A program made the translations under genes and the position numbers. From positions 64,001 to 128,000 of the IMG/VR virus record IMGVR_UViG_3300034126_000020: a DNA stretch of 64,000 nt; one strand, given 5' to 3'. The notes below the pieces were generated by a model, which ran no database searches, was not told the origin of the DNA, and worked only from the letters and a program-made list of their open reading frames with translations. Shown here in pieces: positions 61,382 through 64,000 of this stretch. Numbering within the stretch: the first letter of the stretch is position 1; the number at the start of each line of letters is the position of its first letter. Source of the DNA: a virus (Duplodnaviria > Caudoviricetes).

Positions 61382-61406
61382 ACTGGGGAGAACCGCTCTC
61401 CCCAGT
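61382..61406 (-). terminator. terminator hairpin
   Basis: ACTGGGGAGA-N5-TCTCCCCAGT, 9 bp after the 61415 stop. Confidence 0.7.
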
Positions 61407-61414
61407 GCACAGGT

Positions 61415-61741
61415 TTATTTGCCCTTCTTGTCGTGCAGTTTACGCATGTTGCCATGTAGCTTTGTTGCCATGTACTTCGTGGCGACCTTCAGTTCCTTGC
61501 GAACCTTCCGGACTTCATTCTTCGCCCTGAGGGACATGTTGTTGAACTTGCGACGCAGACGAATATCGCGTGGCAGTTGTGGCTTCGGCAGTTCGTAGGA
61601 CGGGGTGTCGCCATCGTAGTCTGCCTGAGGAGCCCGAAGAGGTCTCTGGAAGATGTCCGATTCAATATCCCGAGGGAATGGCTTCCCTGTTTCTTCTTTC
61701 AGCCGCATAGCCCCGACGAGGAGGTCATTGTCCTTGCTCAT
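61415..61741 (-). CDS. basic hypothetical protein
   Basis: 108 aa, ATGA coupling; K/R-rich C-terminus. Confidence 0.6.
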   Translation of the reverse strand: MSKDNDLLVGAMRLKEETGKPFPRDIESDIFQRPLRAPQADYDGDTPSYELPKPQLPRDIRLRRKFNNMSLRAKNEVRKVRKELKVATKYMATKLHGNMRKLHDKKGK

Positions 61742-63021
61742 TCCTTGTCTTCCTTCTTGTCTTCATCACCAATGAACTTCTCAATGGTGTCGTGGACTTC
61801 CTTGGGCAGTTCTGGATCAAGGAAGACGGTATGGACAGGCTCTGTACTCTCTGCACCCGGACGGTACATGCGAGCAATAGCCACCGAATCGACCGTGTGG
61901 TCTTCCAGATCACGGGGAGGGATGGGTGTACCGTAGACCTGCTTACGGACCAGCCCCTTCCTGCCAAAGCCGTACGTGCCGACTTCCTCACCTTCTGGAC
62001 TAGGTGGTGTACGACGCTCCAACCAGCCCGTAGCAGTGCAATGAGCCGTCAACGATTCCTTCGCCAGCGATCGAGCCCATGCAGCCAGCCGACGCTTGTA
62101 GGACACCTTGACCTTGAGCGAAGCACTGTTGTACTGACGCAGGTTGTGTTTCTTGTCGTCCGTCAGGCCCAACTGATCTTCAGAGCACCGCACCAGCCTG
62201 CCACGGTATTCAGAAGTGAGGAACGGTTGGCTGCGAAGCCGATGGATTTGGGACATGCCTTGCGGCGTATCCTTCAACGAGGTCGGGTTCTGCAACAGAG
62301 CCTTACTTGCCGAACGGGACTCCAACCCATCAGCAATGAACTTATCCAGAATACTGGCATCGCCGAGGAAGTGCTTGGCATACAACTCAGCATCCCCGTC
62401 CCGATCCAGTACGACCGGAGCAGTGATTATTCCACGACTGGCGAATGGTTGGGCGGTCTCCAGTTTGCGGCGAGTGACCCCTTTGTCTTTAGCGACCTGT
62501 TCCATTACTGGACCGGTCTCGGAACGTTTCAGACCGGCAGTCATTGCGTCGTGGATGGACTCGTCGGTGAAACTGATGAAGCCGTTCTCTTCAGTCATCC
62601 CGCCTCCCAGTATGTCGGCCAGTTTGCGTATGCGTGAACCGAGACCACCTTCAGGCATGAAGTCTTCCAACTTTGGTACAGGACGTTCCAACATCGGATC
62701 GTTCTGGAACGGGTTGGTTTCACCTACGTACTGGCAAGGAATGCCGTCTACCATGACGAGATGTTCTTCGTCGTAGCACGGATATACCTTCAGCCAGCTA
62801 TTGCCGATCCAGGTCCCTTCGAGACGGGTTTCCATTTCGCCGTAGGTCATGCGTGCCCAAGCGTAACCCTGACGTTCCATGGCTACGTACAGGTATTCAC
62901 AGTGCAGGTCCTTAGCGGACTCCAGCACGGCAGTCGATTGTGCGATCACTGCAAACTTGACACCTTGTGGCAGGTTCAAGCGGAAGTTGGTGATGTGTTT
63001 CTTCAGTTCTTCGCGATTCAT
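61738..63021 (-). CDS. hypothetical protein
   Basis: start re-set to MNREELKK. Confidence 0.65.
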   Translation of the reverse strand: MNREELKKHITNFRLNLPQGVKFAVIAQSTAVLESAKDLHCEYLYVAMERQGYAWARMTYGEMETRLEGTWIGNSWLKVYPCYDEEHLVMVDGIPCQYVGETNPFQNDPMLERPVPKLEDFMPEGGLGSRIRKLADILGGGMTEENGFISFTDESIHDAMTAGLKRSETGPVMEQVAKDKGVTRRKLETAQPFASRGIITAPVVLDRDGDAELYAKHFLGDASILDKFIADGLESRSASKALLQNPTSLKDTPQGMSQIHRLRSQPFLTSEYRGRLVRCSEDQLGLTDDKKHNLRQYNSASLKVKVSYKRRLAAWARSLAKESLTAHCTATGWLERRTPPSPEGEEVGTYGFGRKGLVRKQVYGTPIPPRDLEDHTVDSVAIARMYRPGAESTEPVHTVFLDPELPKEVHDTIEKFIGDEDKKEDKE

Positions 63022-63050
63022 GGTGAATATCTCTTGGTTAGAAAATAAAA

Positions 63051-63070
63051 GAGAGGGCGGATGCCCTCTC
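63051..63070. terminator. terminator
   Basis: GAGAGGGC-GGAT-GCCCTCTC with TTTTATTTT tail on minus. Confidence 0.8.
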
Positions 63071-63083
63071 CTATTTACGGGTG

Positions 63084-63449
63084 TTAGAAACTCAGGCCGA
63101 TTGCACCGGCTCCCTTGGTGGTAAACCAACGCTGCTTGACACCGTAGATGTCTAACATGGTTGGGCCAACATTCAACACGTCACAAGTAGCTTCGATAAG
63201 ATCCATCACATGGATCTCAGGATCGAGGATCTCGATCTTGCCGAAGCCCGCATCAGTTTGTTTTGCCCGGCAGACCACACGGCCATACTGGTCAAAACGC
63301 ACTTCCCCATCTTCCTTCGAATACTCGATGTGGAAGTACTGCCCCAACGTATCGCAGCCGGTATCATCAATGATGTTAGCAGCAGCGAGTTGCTCCAGAC
63401 GTTCGATGAACTTCTGGTTCAGTTGGCGAGCGGTGAGTTGTTGAGCCAT
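63084..63449 (-). CDS. hypothetical protein
   Basis: 121 aa, AAGGA RBS. Confidence 0.65.
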   Translation of the reverse strand: MAQQLTARQLNQKFIERLEQLAAANIIDDTGCDTLGQYFHIEYSKEDGEVRFDQYGRVVCRAKQTDAGFGKIEILDPEIHVMDLIEATCDVLNVGPTMLDIYGVKQRWFTTKGAGAIGLSF

Positions 63450-63507
63450 TGTTGCATTCCTTTACTGGTTAGTGTTGTTTCTTATTGTGGGGAGAAGTCC
63501 CCATAGC

Positions 63508-63837
63508 TTATTCGCTTTCGAGTTCTTTGCGAACACCGTCAAACGTTAACCCCGGCATGCACTTGCCGTCTTCGAACTCATCTGGCCCCGTAGAGTCATT
63601 ACGTTCGATCTTACCCTCATGGCCCAAAGCAATCAACTCCCTTGCTTCAGTACCATCAAAGTAAGCCCCTGCAACGAAGTTGATAGAGTAGCCACCGCTG
63701 CCGGCATAGCCTTCAGCCACGGACACGCCTTGAGCATCCTCGAAGTAGATCTCGCGATCACCAAAAGCATGATCACGCAGTTCACTGCGTTTGCAGTCAG
63801 CCAGAAGTTCTTTTGCTTGTTCGAATGTTACAGTCAT
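63508..63837 (-). CDS. hypothetical protein
   Basis: 109 aa, AGGAGG RBS. Confidence 0.65.
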   Translation of the reverse strand: MTVTFEQAKELLADCKRSELRDHAFGDREIYFEDAQGVSVAEGYAGSGGYSINFVAGAYFDGTEARELIALGHEGKIERNDSTGPDEFEDGKCMPGLTFDGVRKELESE

Positions 63838-63869
63838 GGTGATCCTCCTAATGGATCGTGGGGTATGTA

Positions 63870-63905
63870 CACCGCTATCATGTATTGTTGAAAAAGATTC
63901 GAATC
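63870..63905 (-). promoter_or_regulatory. putative early promoter
   Basis: minus GATTCGA-N14-TACATGATAGCGGTG. Confidence 0.6.
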
Positions 63906-63907
63906 AC

Positions 63908-63934
63908 AAAAGAAAAGGAGGGGTGCACCCCTCC
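63908..63934 (-). terminator. intrinsic terminator
   Basis: GGAGGGG-TGCA-CCCCTCC then TTTTCTTTT. Confidence 0.8.
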
Positions 63935-63936
63935 TC

Positions 63937-63999
63937 TTAGTCATACCCAGATCGGGTTGTTAATCCGCAGACCTTCCCAGACAGGCAGTAGTCGTCGAT
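63937..63999 (-). CDS. C-terminal fragment of a gene entering from beyond the window
   Basis: …IDDYCLSGKVCGLTTRSGYD* ending just before a terminator. Confidence 0.4.
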   Translation of the reverse strand: MDDYCLSGKVCGLTTRSGYD

Positions 64000-64000
64000 G

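Noticed and set aside
1-64000. tRNA/rRNA genes
   Set aside because: No intergenic gap showed a cloverleaf with TTCGA T-loop and acceptor stem by eye; tRNAscan-SE/ARAGORN would confirm

Overview
This window is 64 kb of a phiKZ-like (nucleus-forming-type) jumbo phage genome, GC in the mid-50s% by spot counts. The assignment rests on motif and synteny recognition, not a database search. Layout: (1) 1-10 kb, tail/tail-fibre module with paralogous lectin-like fibre proteins; (2) 10-39.7 kb, about 65 tightly packed minus-strand accessory genes, including thymidylate synthase, dTMP kinase, an SspB-like adaptor, an HD phosphohydrolase, a 2OG-Fe(II) oxygenase, an SPFH lipoprotein, two Tat-signal proteins and an adjacent Macro + membrane + SLOG trio; (3) 39.7-59.2 kb, the conserved virion block (neck/baseplate-like proteins and S-x-E-processed internal head proteins); (4) an exonuclease + motif-A half of a split family-B DNA polymerase; (5) a low-GC moron-like gene and more hypotheticals. 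Non-coding signals read directly from the sequence: about 18 GC-rich terminator hairpins, many with a conserved TTAT(G/T)CCG tail; a bipartite putative early promoter (WTCRA-N14-TACATKA, 4 copies); an extended late-promoter motif (2 copies). I saw no tRNA, rRNA, CRISPR array, integrase, transposase or reverse transcriptase. The best candidates for new biology are the Macro-TM-SLOG cluster, the virion-borne membrane HExxH protease, the tandem Tat-signal proteins and the HD phosphodiesterase-like gene. All of these functions are inferences. phiKZ gene numbers quoted are from recalled synteny and size, and are unverified.
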